A DNA stretch of 64,000 bases, taken from the human T2T-CHM13v2.0 reference genome, Homo sapiens. The notes below the pieces were generated by a model. It was not told the origin of the DNA. It did no database searches and saw only the letters and a list, made by a program, of their open reading frames with translations. Both the position numbers and the translations under genes were made by a program. Positions 48,231 to 60,775 of the stretch are shown here, one piece after another. Position 1 is the first letter of the stretch; every line of letters starts with the position of its first letter. The DNA is taken from NCBI RefSeq assembly GCF_009914755.1, contig NC_060940.1; one strand, written 5' to 3'.

Positions 48231-50000
48231 TGATATGGTTTGGATATTTGCCCCCCTCCGAATCTCATGTTGAAATGTGATCTCCAGTGTTCAAGGTGGG
48301 GCCTAGTGGGAAGTGTTTAGATCATAGAACGCAGACAGCTCATAAATGGTTTGGTGCCATCCCCATGGCAATGAGTGCATTCTTGCTTTGATAGTTTAGG
48401 TGAGATTTGCTTGTTTAAAAGAGTCTGGTACCTCTTCCTCCTCTGGCTTACTCTCCCTCACCATGTGATATGTCAGCTTCCCCTTTACCTTCTGAGTTTT
48501 CTGAGGTTCTCACCAGAAGCAAATGCCAAAACTATGCTTTCTGTACATAAACCCTGCAGAACCATGAGCCTAATAAACCGTTTTTTCTTTATAAATTACC
48601 CAGTCTCGGATATCTCTTTATAGCAACACAAAATGGACTACAACCAAAATTTGGTACTGAAGGGTGGGGCATTGCTATTATCTCAAATGTGGAAGCAGTT
48701 TTGAAATTGGGTAACGGAAGAGGTTGAAAGAGTTTGGAGGGCTCAGAAGACAGGAAGATGTAGGAAAGTTCAGAACTTCTTAAAGATTGTTAAGTGGTTG
48801 TGATACAAATGCTGATAGAAATATGGACATTGAAGGCCAGGCTGAGGAGGTCTGATATGAAAATGGGAAATTTATTAGAAACTGGAACAAAGGTCACCCT
48901 TATTATGCTTTAGCAAACAACTAGGTTGCATTGTGTCCATGTCCTAGGGCTTTGTGGAAGGCTGAACTTAAGAACAACAACCTAGGGTATCTGGCAGAAG
49001 AAATTTCTAAGTATAAAAAAAGGTGGTATGACTGCTTCTAATAGCCTACAATGAGATACAGGAGCAAAGGAATGACATAGTTGGAATTTATAATTAAAAG
49101 GAAAGCAGAGCATACAAATTTGGAAAATTTGCAATCTATCCATGTAGTAGAGAAGTAAAAAACATCTTCAGGAGAGGAATTCAAGAGGCCTGTGGAGAAA
49201 CCACTTGCTAGAGACATTTGTAAGACTAAAAGGGAGCCAGGTGCCATCCAAGACAATGGGAAAAAGGCCCATTATTATTTCAGAAATATTCAAGGTAGCC
49301 CCACCCACCACAGTCCCAGAGGCCTAAGAGAAAAAAACAGTTTTATAGGCTAGGCCTGGGGCACCACTTCCTTGCTCAGCCTTGGGACAGTGCTCCCCAC
49401 ATCCCTGCCACTCCAGCTTCATCTAGGACTCAAAGAGCCTCAGATACAGCATGGTCCACCACTCCAGAGAGTGCAAGCCATAAACCTTAGTGGTTTCCAC
49501 AAAGTGTTAAGCCTGTAGGCACACAGAATGCAGGAGTGAAGGAAGTTTGATGGCTGCCACCTAGATTTCAGAAGATGTACGGGAAAGCCTGGGTGCCCAT
49601 GCAGAACCCTACTCTACCCTATTAGGGCAATGCTGACCGGAAATGTGGGGTTGAAGATCCCACAGAGTCCCCATCAGGGCACTGCCTAGTGAGCTGTGGG
49701 AACGGGGCTACCATGTTCTAGATCCTGGAATGATAGATTTACCAGTAGCTTGCATACTGAGCCTGGAAAAGCTGCAGGCACTCAACTCCAACTCCTGAGA
49801 ACAAGCATTGCATCCTGCAAGGCCAAAGGGGCAGAGCTTCCCAAATAGAGTAGAAGCTTCCTGAGACCTTCATTAGAAGTAAATGCCAGCACTATGCTTC
49901 CTATACAGTCTACAGAACCATGAGCAAAATAAACCTCTTTTCTTTACAAATTATCCAGCCTCAGGTATTCCCTTACAGCAGTGCAAAATGGAATGACAGA
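48231..50000 (+). mobile_element. MST (MSTB-like) MaLR: 5' LTR (48231 to about 48643), internal region, partial 3' LTR (about 49850-50000)
   Basis: LTR start tgatatggtttggatattt, LTR end 'ataaattacccagtctc', internal 'aaaatttggtactga...aagagtttggagggctcagaaga'. The second LTR has only its 3' portion. Confidence 0.88.
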
Positions 50001-50250
50001 GAAAACTTTCTCAATTTGATTAACAGAATCCATTAATAAAAGACACCCTACAGCTAACGTCATACTTAATCATGACAAAAATCAATGCTTTTTTTTCCTG
50101 TGAATGAGAACAAGTATATCCTCTCTCTCCACTCTTATTCAATATTGTACTAGAAATTCCAGCTAGTTCAATAATACAAGAAAAGGAAATAAAATCTATA
50201 CAGATTGGGAAGAAAAAAATAAAATTTTCTTTTTTTCACAAAATATTGTC

Positions 50251-50524
50251 TTTCTTTTGTTTGTTTGTTTTTGACATGGTGTTTCACTGTTGTCGCCCAG
50301 ACTAGAGTGCAATGGCACGATCTTGGCTCACTGTAACCTCCATCTCCTGAGTAGCTGGGATTACAGGTGCCCATCACCACATCTGGCTAATTTTTTTATT
50401 TTTAGTAGAGATGGGGTTTCAACATGTTCACCAGGCTGGTCTCAAACTCCTGACCTCAGGTGATCCACCTGCCTCAGCCTCCCAAAATGCTGGGATTACA
50501 GACATCGAGCCACCGCACTTGGCT
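50251..50524 (-). mobile_element. AluS with an internal deletion of about 30 bp
   Basis: 'aacctccatctcctgagtagc' lacks the 'gggttcaagcgattctcctgcctcagcc' segment. Confidence 0.9.
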
Positions 50525-50630
50525 AGATTATCAATGTTACACATAAACTAGAAAACTCCTAGAACTAATAAGCAGTTATAGCAAGGTAGCAGGATAAAAT
50601 GATAATATATAATATTAATTGTTTTCTTAT

Positions 50631-51061
50631 TGATATGTTTTAGATGTATGTCCCCTCCAAATCTTATGTGGAAATGTGATGTCCAATGTTTGAGATTGGC
50701 CCAAGAGGGAGGTATTGAATCATGGAAGTGGTTCCCTCATTAATGGCTTGGTGAAATCCCCACAGTAATGAGTCAATTTTCACTCTGGTAGTTCACGAGA
50801 GATCTGGTTCTTTAAAAAGAATGTGGCATCTCCCCTCTCTTTCTTGTTCCCTTTCTTACTATGTGACATGCCTGCTCCTGCTTTATCGTCTGCTGTGAGT
50901 AAAAGCTTCCTGAGGCTTCACCAGAAGCCAAGCAGATACTGGCACCATGCTTCCTACACAGCCTGCTGATCCATGACACAATTATACCTCTTTTATTCAT
51001 AAATTACCCAGACTCAGGTACTTCTTTGTCACAATGCAAATACAAAAAAAAGACTAATGCA
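50631..51061 (+). mobile_element. MST (MSTB-like) solo LTR
   Basis: tgatatgttt...ataaattacccagactcaggta...gactaatgca. Possible 5-bp TSD cttat / catat. Confidence 0.88.
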
Positions 51062-53478
51062 CATATAGACTAGAAATAAACACTTGGAACTTAAAATTAG
51101 AAAAAAGAATACAACCTCCAATAGCACTAAAAAATAAAATCGTTAGTCATAAATATTACAAAATATGTACAGGATCTCTATACAAATCACAAAACTCTGA
51201 TGAAATAAATTATAGCAAATAAAAATAAATGGATAGTCTATGTTCATGGATTAGAAGGTTTAGGATTTGTCAGAAGCCAATTGTTCTCTACTAGATTCAG
51301 AGACTCAATGCAATGCCAATCAAAATCCTGGCAAGATATTTTGTAGACATAAACAAACTCTTTCTAAAGTTTATACAGAAAGGCAAAAGATCATGAATAG
51401 CCAACAAAATACTGAAGACAAACAAACTTGGATTACTCCTAATACTTGACTTTGAGATGTACATAAAACCACAGTAATCAAGGCAATGTCATAGTGACAA
51501 TGAAGAGACACACAGACCAGTGGAAGAGAACAGAAGCCAGAAAAGACCCCCACACATATAACCAATTACTCATTAACAAAAGACCAAAGGAGATTGTGTG
51601 GAGAAAGGATAGTCTTTCAACAGATACTGCTGAAGCAAGTGGTTGTGTATATCCTAAAATAAATTGAACTTAGACTTAGACTTTACACTTTTCACAAAAA
51701 CTAACTCAAAATGGATCATGGGCCTAAATGGAGAATGCAAAACTATGAAAACCCTAAAAGAAAACATAGAAAATCTAGGTGACCTTGTGTTTGGTGATGA
51801 GTTTCAGATGTAATACCAAAAGAAAAAAAAAAACCCGTGAAGGAAAATATTGGTAAGTTATATGTTGTTAAAACTAAAAATTTCTACTCTGCAAAAGAGC
51901 ATTGTTTAAAAAATTAAAGAAAAGCTATAGACTGAGAGAACACATTTTGAAAATGCATGTGTAATAAAGGCTTGTATCCAAAATATCCAAATAAGCTAAA
52001 AAATAAAACTCAAAAATAAGGAAATAAACAACCCAGTTAATAAATGGGCAAAAGATCTGAACAGACACCTCACCAAATAGATACCCAGATGGCAAATAAA
52101 CATATGAAAATATTCTCAATATCATTTGCCCTCGGGGAATTGCAAATTAAAACAAAATGTTCTAATATCACACACATATTAAAATGGCTAAAGTCCAAAA
52201 AGAACCAAAAAAACCCACAAAAACACCCTGACAATACCAATTTTTGGCAAGAAGGAGGAACAGGCACTCTCATTCATTGCTAGTGGGAATACAAAGTACA
52301 CAGTCATTTTGGGAGACAAATTGGGCAGCTTCTTACAAAGCTAAACATAGTCTTACCATATGATCCAGCGATCACACTCATAGGTATTTACAAAACAGAT
52401 TTAAGAACTTAGGCCCACACAAAACCTGCACACAACTGTTTGTAGCAGCTTTGTTCATAACCTCCCCAAATTGAAAGCAACAAGCTGTTCTTCACTGAGT
52501 GAGTAGGCAAACTGTGGTATATCCATATAATAGAAAGTTATTCAGCAATAAAAAAGAGCTGTATGAAGTCATGAAAAATATGGATGAATTTCAAATGTAT
52601 ATTACTCAGTGAAGGAAGGCAGTCTGAAAAGGCTACATACTGTATGGCTCAGGTTGAGTAGGTAAAGCACAGAAAAATTTAATGTGGTGACACTTTTCTG
52701 TATAATACTGTAATTTTTAATTAATGACACTATGCATTTATCAAAACCTATTCAGCCTTACACTACAAAATGTGAGCTTTAATATATATAAATAATTTAG
52801 GACATCAGGAGAATCCTAAGATTGAATTCAAATGTAACAAAACAACCTAAATCTGTTACAAATGTTATGATAGGACAATCTCACCCAAAGGGAGTGTGGG
52901 AAAATATTGCTGATGTAAGCAACCTTGGATATGAAAGAAGTCTATAAAATTAAATGCAAAAGAAACTCTGCATAAGAATTTTACTCTAGTTAATAAAGTT
53001 GTTTCCCATGAGGACACAGGTTAAGAATTCTGATACTGACATCCATGTATACTGGAATTGAACAATTAAGTAAATAGATGGCAAATAGTGAAATTCAGGT
53101 TTCTCATTATTGGAATGGGAGTTTATAGAAAAGCAAGAAGAAGCCAGAAAGTCCCATGTGGTAATGGGTTAGCATTGGATACATTGGTGTGAACTCAGGC
53201 TTAGCTTTATATAGATATGATGGTTACATATAGAAATGTGTGTAGATATGTGTATATACATGAATTAGTGTACACTCATCTATTTCCTTATCCTGTCAGC
53301 TCAGAGCATCCAGAAGAAACATTCAGTAGCCACAAGCACACAGATATTGGTTTCTAATATCATTCTTCCTTAAAGAAACCAAGGCTCCTTGGAGAAATGC
53401 CTGATTCTAGCCTTGGGGTAAACAAATTTATAAGACAGGCTTGTAACATCTTGTAGTGCCAGAAAGTAATAAAGTGCT

Positions 53479-53481
<3 letters not shown>

Positions 53482-53525
<44 letters not shown>
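53482..53525. repeat. Compound (CA)n(GA)n microsatellite
   Basis: Seen directly in the sequence. Confidence 0.96.
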
Positions 53526-54675
53526 TTGGGGGTATGTCAGATGAATGTAGAAACCAACTACCCTGAAAGAGCTCGTAATCGCCAAAGCTGGAACAATTTG
53601 AGCAACACAAAAAATGAAGTAATATTGTAGAATAACCCAGAATATAAAATAAATATCCATGATACCATACTAATATAAATACATGATTGAATAAATAAAC
53701 AGATGAGAAGAGACAAAAATTCTGTGCAGAAGAATTACAAATAATGTATGTAGATATGCCATGCCACAGGAGGTGGAGAATAGCTCAAGAACTTAAATGT
53801 GTGGTCTGTGCATAATGGCTTCCTACAAAGTACGGTATGGAAAGGAGACAGGGGAAGAGTCACTTTAAGTGATGAAAGCTGTCAAACACTTTCTTAGGCA
53901 GATGATCCCCATCAACCTCAACAGCGATAATCATATTGATAGGATGCACCCTTGATATGAGGTAATGACAATGGCATCTTCTCTATGGTTTTCCTCTCCA
54001 AAACATATAACCCCTGTCTAATCATAGGAAAAACGCTAGATAAAACCCAATTGAGGAACATTCTATAAAATACTTGACGAGTACCCCTAAAAACTGTTGT
54101 CAATGTCATAAAAAAAAAAAGGAAACTTCGAGAAACCATCACAGCCAAGAGTAGCCTAAGCAGGCAGTTTCCTGGAACAGAAAAAGGACATTAGGTAATA
54201 ACTAAGGGAATATTAAAAAGTATGGATTTTACTTAATAAAAATGTATCAATACTGGTTCACTGGCTGTAAAAAATGTACCATACTAATATGTTGTGTTAA
54301 TATTCAGGGAAACTGAGTATAGGCTATATAGAGACCCTCTGTACTATCTTCAGTTTTCATGTATATCAAAAATCGTCCTGAAAATATATTTTTTAAAAAA
54401 TTGATATATGATGAATATGATTAACCAAAGAGTAAAAACTGAAGAACCCTGTGACATTTTAGGCTTTGGATTGATCAGCCTTGAATACATTAATCAGCAG
54501 ATAAATGAATCTGTCATGAATGAGTTACACATGAAAACACTATTGAAGGTTTCTTTCCAAATTTGAATTGTTTAAAAGTTTATCCAAAGGACATTTACAA
54601 TTCTCTTCTTAAGAGTATAATCAATTCCACCCATTTATTTTTCAGTTTTTATAATGAGTGATATTCAAGTGTCCA

Positions 54676-54774
54676 TTAGGTTGGTGCAAAAGTAATTGCG
54701 GTTTTTGCCATTAGAAACCTTTAATTGCATTTTTTTAAATTGCGAAAACTGCTATTACTTTTGTACCAACACGA
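54676..54774. mobile_element. MADE1 with an enlarged central loop
   Basis: ttaggttggtgcaaaagtaattgcggtttttgcca...gaaaactgctattacttttgtaccaac. About 20 bp longer than the usual 80 bp. Confidence 0.9.
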
Positions 54775-55129
54775 TACTATAGGCATAGATACTTACTGGG
54801 CAAGAGTGAAATGCAACAGTGGTGGACTCCTCATTCCCAAGAAGTATGTGTTCTGAGAAAAGGAGGAGACAAATATTTCCAGGAGTTGGGTGAGGGCCAG
54901 ACTCACGCTCCTGTCCCATAGCTCAGGGGTGTGTGCCTAGGAACGGACTGAGATCTGGCAATTCAGAAAATGCTGCAAAGTAAAATTGTATTTCTAAGTG
55001 GGCACCACAATTCACAGCAGGAATAATTACAACAATACTTTACTCTTATGAGCTATTTCAACTAACTGTGGTGAGAAGACTTTATGCTGGACATTAAACA
55101 GAGACAGGATGGCTGTTTCCAAGAAGCCA

Positions 55130-55450
55130 GGTTGGTGAAAGCTCATTAATTATGGAGAGGCAGGATTCCATTTGTATCAATATGTTTAACTACTCTGAAA
55201 GTTGTAAGAAACATGGTGACTTTCAAAGCGCTGCATATTTTAACTGTCCATGCACTTGGAAAGGGGCTCACTGCCAGTTCGACACAGCAGGCGGGCGGGT
55301 CATGTGCATCACAGAGCCTGCTTTGCTGTCACTCGCGCTCTGAGGGCTGTGCCTCCCTAGGCTGGGCCATCCCTCTCATCCGAAGGCCCTGCTCTCTCCA
55401 GAGGCCTGATTTCACTGCTCAAAGCAGTTTCCCTGGTGTTCAGAGTGATG
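55130..55450. promoter_or_regulatory. Candidate enhancer/promoter (non-repetitive, GC-elevated, CpG-retaining)
   Basis: Several CpGs (aagcgc, ttcgac, ggcgggcggg, ctcgcgc, tccgaa), a GC box, an E-box GTCATGTG and a TCF/LEF-like TTCAAAG. Motif-level evidence only. Confidence 0.35.
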
Positions 55451-56218
55451 TGGGACTGGGTAAAGAGACCGGAGTCTGGGAAGAGGGTGCAGCCCAAGAG
55501 AGTGAACAGGTGTCAGCTGGGTGGAGTCTGGATCTCTGGTTCAGAGGATAGCTCTGGAAAGGTGTGGAGGTTGGAGGTTGACTGACTATGCCCTGAGAGT
55601 TGTTTTTCTTTTTTTTTTCTTCCTGACTTCTTCACCAGGAAGGAGGCTCTGCAACCAGGTGGCATCCACTGCCCTGTGGACTCTCTCACCAGTTTATGCC
55701 TTGAAGCTTCCTCACTGAACCCCAGTGAGAATCCACACACTTCAGAAACTGCACTTTTAACTCTTTATACTCTCCTTCCCTTTTCCATCCCCTGCATATG
55801 GTAAACAATACACTCCTTTAGGGTTGCCTGGGTCCTGGACCCAGGTTTCTCCCCTCTGCCTTTCCTATTGGTAACAGAGATGACCATGTCTGATAACAGG
55901 TCTTTGAATCTTGTGAACTCCACAGGGTTGCTGGAGTAGGGACACCAGGTGTATTGCCCAGCATGGAGGCATGGCTTGAAAAGGGGATGGAGCAGCACGA
56001 AAAGACCCAGCTTCCCCAGCCAGCAACCTCTGCACCCTTCATTGATGCTGCCTGGTGCTCAAAGGACCTCTGGGTGGATCCCAGGGCCTGGGACAGGCTC
56101 CAAACCACTTATCACGCCAATTCCTTGAACCAGAGACGTGTCGTGGATGGGCCTTTCAATGCCAGGAGCAGGGGAGAAAATTCTAGGACTGGCACATCTT
56201 ACTGTATGTCCAACTATT

Positions 56219-56300
56219 ATTAGGTTGGTTCAAAAGTAACTGCATTTTATTGCCATTACTCTTAATGGTAAAAACTGCAATTACTTTTGCACCAACCTGT
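56219..56300. mobile_element. MADE1
   Basis: ttaggttggttcaaaagtaactgc...taaaaactgcaattacttttgcaccaacct. Confidence 0.92.
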
Positions 56301-56494
56301 AGAACACATTCCTAGCAGGTGGAGGTATGACCACAGACTTCATCAGTCCACAGGTCCAGGAGCCAGTTGGAATGTTCTACAATTCTTGCTTATTTGCCTC
56401 CTTCTATCTAAGAGAGACAAAAAAAACAGCCCCTGTTCTCCCAAGAGAGCAGGGGCTGCTCTGGTGCGAGAAAAAGGCTGTTTCTGCCTCTCTC

Positions 56495-56736
56495 TTGATA
56501 CAGGATATCACTCTGTTGCCCAGGCTATAGTGCAGTTGCACAATTATAGTTGACGGCCGCTTCTACCTCTTGGGTTCAAGCAATTCTCTCACCTCAGCCT
56601 CCCTAGTAGCTGGGACCACAGGCACATGCTAATACACCTGGCTAATTCTTAAAATTTGTTTTCTAGAGATAGAGTCTCTTCCCACCTCAGCCTCCCACAA
56701 GTGCTGGGATTACAGGTGTGAGCCACCACACCTGGT
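56495..56736 (-). mobile_element. AluJ with an internal deletion and no clear tail
   Basis: J-type text. 'gagatagagtctc' joins directly to 'ttcccacctcagcctccc'. Confidence 0.85.
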
Positions 56737-56758
56737 TGCAGGGCTCTGTTATGTAGGG

Positions 56759-57220
56759 CGCTAAGGAATAATTATTCTGACATTTGTTAAAATGGTGAGA
56801 AAGACTTTACTTAAGGTCATTGCAAAAGAGGTATTGCAATAGGGAAGAGAGATTATGTTCAACTCCAAATACAATAAGAAGAAGTGGAGATTTATAGCCA
56901 ACGAGAAGTGGAAGGGAGTCAGTGGATTACTAAGAAGAAACAGCAAGAATAGGGGGATTCTTGCTAAGACAGTCCAAGGAGCTACATATCAAAGCTGAGA
57001 GATGAGGGACTTGGTTAGATGTCAGCAATGATCAAATATCAACATTGATCAAGGGGAGGGCAGATTATTGCTTAACTGACTTAATAGGGTTCTTGCTAAG
57101 TCTAGGCCCTGTAAGTCCGGCAAGAACAAAACAGACACTGAAGACCAAGGTCAAGGGCTTCTCGAAAAGGGTGCACAGAGAAATATAACCAATGTTTGGT
57201 CAAGTAGAGAGTTTTTTTCA
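56759..57220 (-). mobile_element. MER31-like ERV1 solo LTR
   Basis: Reverse complement begins tgaaaaaaactctctacttgaccaaac, as in the MER31 start. 4-bp TSD aggg (56755-56758 / 57221-57224). Confidence 0.8.
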
Positions 57221-58089
57221 AGGGTCACGGTTGACCTTGACCTTATGCCATGAAGTTGGTCCCATTGCCCACTGCATACTTCATTGTCCTTTCAACTATC
57301 TTTTACCTTCAAGGATGGTCAAGCTGTGCAAGCTTTGGGACTGGAGGGGAACATGACAATAGCAGGCGTGGGCAGGAGAGGGAGGTGTCTTGCAAAGCAC
57401 TAAAAGTGACAGCAGACAAGAAGTGAGTGACAAGGCACACAGCTCATGGAGCAGCCCCATCTTTCCCTGTCAACCCCCTTCCTCTTCCCCCAACCTCCAG
57501 TCATCTCCTGGCAGGTGACTGAGTTCCTCCCTGCTTCTTGGCTGCCAATCCCCTAGCACTGGCTTCTACTCAAATCCCTTCTGTTCTAAAATCTGGGCTG
57601 CTAGTAACCACACGGTCTCATTTTAATTTTGATGACTCCATTTTATCATGTAAACCACTCTTCTGTTAACCACCTCCTCTGTAATCTAAATGTCAGCTGA
57701 TTCATTCCTGCCAGAAAAACTGGCTTAAAATACAAAACCCTATGTTTTCATATGTTCAAAATGCTTTCCAAAATATGTGCTACTTCCTGAGTAGCAGTAA
57801 GTGTCTTGGCCAGCCTCTCCAGTCATCCTTTATAGGTTCAGATCATCTCTTGGGCCCGGGTGTACTGGTTTCTGGTCCGCATGGTATCAACTCAGAAAAA
57901 TTCCTCAACTTCTACATAATCACTGAAACACAACAAAGCCTTACTTACAGCAGTTATGTATTCAGTCATCCACTTGAAGAATTAGGATTTCGGAGAGACA
58001 ATGGGGTGCATATAGGAACAACAAATGTCACATCAAATTGAACATCAGGCGCCTACATTCCATTTGTTTTTGTTCTTTTGGGTTTTTAA

Positions 58090-58495
58090 ACTTTTTTTTA
58101 AAAAATTTATGGGTACATAGTAGGTGTATATATTTATGGGGTACGTGAGATGTTTTGATACAGGCATACATGCGTAATAATCACATCATGGAGAATAGGG
58201 TATCCGTCCCTTCAAACATTTATCCTTTGTGTTACACACAATTCAATTATGCTCTTAGTTATTTTAAAATGTACAATTCTTATTGACTGTAGTCACCTCA
58301 TTGTGCTATCAAATCATAGGTCTTATTCATTCTTTCTAACTAGTTTTTTGTACCCATTAACCATCTCCACCTCCCCCGAAACCCTCCACTACGCTTCCCA
58401 GGTTCTGGCAACCATCCTTCTCCTCTCTATGTCCCTAAGTTTAATAGTTTTGATTTTTAGATCCCACAGGTGAGAACATGCATGTTTGTCTTTCT
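58090..58495 (-). mobile_element. L1MA (MA2/3-like) 3' end
   Basis: 'tgggtacatagtaggtgtatatatttatggggtacgtgagatgttttgatacaggcat...tttagatcccaca'. Confidence 0.88.
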
Positions 58496-59633
58496 GAGAC
58501 ACTTACATTCTTAAAATACTCTTCAATGACTATCATGAGGGATTTTTTCCTGTTTCACCCCTATTTAGTTCCTCAGCCTTTAAGAACTAAAGTCATCTGG
58601 GTGGCTACTACCAATTCATGTGTCTTCCCTTACTTCCTCTCACCTCTGAATTGCCCCTTATGATTTCAAATTATTCATTGGCTTAAGGGCTGTCATTTTG
58701 TGTTCCCAAATACCGCAGCCAAACTGTGTTACAAACTGGTGTAGACATGCCCAGAACTTTTATGATCACTTTGTGAAAGAAAGCAGGGCTCCCTGCCTTT
58801 AAAAAGATTGGCCACTGTAAATAGCCACTCTCTCTATCCATTTCACTTTCAGACACTGCATTAGGGTGGAATACCTTTCAGGGCCTAAGACAAGAAGAAA
58901 CAATAGGAAGGTTTGGAGACAACAGGTGCAGTTGCAGGACTGGAGAGCAGAGTGGTCTTGATGGGGTTTGGATCCTTTTGCTCTCACCACAAAGATGGCA
59001 CAGTCTTTATGTCTTTGAAGACTCCTTAAAATTATTTTATGTCTGACTCCCCTGATGAAAGTTGGATGCTTCTATTGTCACCACAAAGATATTAAAGGCT
59101 TTATAAGTCTTTATAGACTCCTTGAAGTTCTTTTATGTCTAACTCCTTTTAAAATTTTAGATACATACTTGTTGAGGATCTTTTACTCAGGCAGCTGAAG
59201 GTAAAATTTAAGTCTTCACACAGAGAGGAAATATTATGTGCGAAAGAGCATTTAATATGCATCAAGTAAAATCTTACCTTTCTGGCATGGTCACGCACAC
59301 ACACACACACACATGCATACTTGGTACATAATGTTTTATTTACTCCCTACATCATCCCAAAGTTGTCCCCCTTTTCCAGCTGAGTAAATCTCAATACCAC
59401 ATCTCAATCCTACCTTCCTAAAATTATGTTCCAATCACAATTCACTTTTATTTTGTCTTTTCCCAGCTCTACTTCAGATATATGTGTCAGACAAAGAACA
59501 GTGATCATTAGTCAAGAAAATTGAAAACAAAGAGATAATATGGCAATAAAAGAGTTTAAGCCATAAAATAAGCTAATTACAGATTTTATTGTTTTAAAAA
59601 GAGCTCACCATTGCATTTAAATAACTTAATATT

Positions 59634-59931
<298 letters not shown>

Positions 59932-60373
59932 ATTGTGGATCAAGCACTGTATACGTGAGGAAACTAATTCAAAATAAGTAGAATAGAAAGAGAACTATGT
60001 GCTATGGAACAAATGTACAAGTTGCATGCAAAGGTAAAAACGAAGCCTTGGTTTGGACATTAATTACTGGGGGAGCCCCACTCAACTAGATAGGAGGCCA
60101 CAATGCCAGGATGACCATGTGGCTTTTGGGGTATATAGATTCTGGGGTGGCTTGCACTGATTCCTAACAATTCATCCGAACTATTGAGCTGATTATATCT
60201 GTTTCTTGCCATCTAAAAAAAATAAAATCTATCCAATAACAATCAGTTCTCCATTTCTGTACTCCTTCCCCAATTGCCCAAATAAAGGTGATTCCCCTTC
60301 TTGCTGTTCCTGGAGAACTGTTGTCGCTTTAGATTCATATCCACTTGAACATGTCTTAGGTAAAGAAATTCAT

Positions 60374-60775
60374 GACCTGGCATAGTGGCTCACACTTGTA
60401 ATCCCAGTACTTTAGGAGGCCAAGGTGGGCAGATCACTTGAGGCCAGGAGTTTGAGACCAGCCTGGCCAATATGGTGAAACCCCATCTCTACTAAAAATA
60501 CAAAAATTAGCCGGCCATGGTGGCACACTCCTGTAATCTCAGTTACTCAGGAGGCTGAGGCATGAGAATTGCTTAAACCCTGGAGACAGAGTTTGCGGTG
60601 AGCTGAGATCATGCCACTGCACTCCAGCTTGGGTGACAGAGTGAGACTCCATCTCACAAAAAAAAAAAGAGAGAGAGAGAGAAAGAAAAGAGAAAGAAGG
60701 AAAGAAAGAAAAAAAGAAAGAAATAAAGAGAAAGAAAAAGAAAGAGAAAAAGAGAAAGGAAAGAAATTGAAAGAA
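60374..60775 (+). mobile_element. AluS with an expanded GA/A-rich tail (about 60660-60775)
   Basis: Full Alu followed by an (AAAG/AG)n purine tract. Confidence 0.92.

Larger units (their letters stand above)
46485..54398 (+). mobile_element. Old L1MC/MD-type element (ORF2 to 3'UTR), interrupted by MST elements and an Alu
   Basis: Degenerate ORF2 text ('tatcaattgatgcagaaa', 'aaatgggcaaaagatctgaacagacacctcacc'). Long 3'UTR ending 'ctctgtactatcttcagttttcatgtatatcaaaaa'. Confidence 0.85.
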
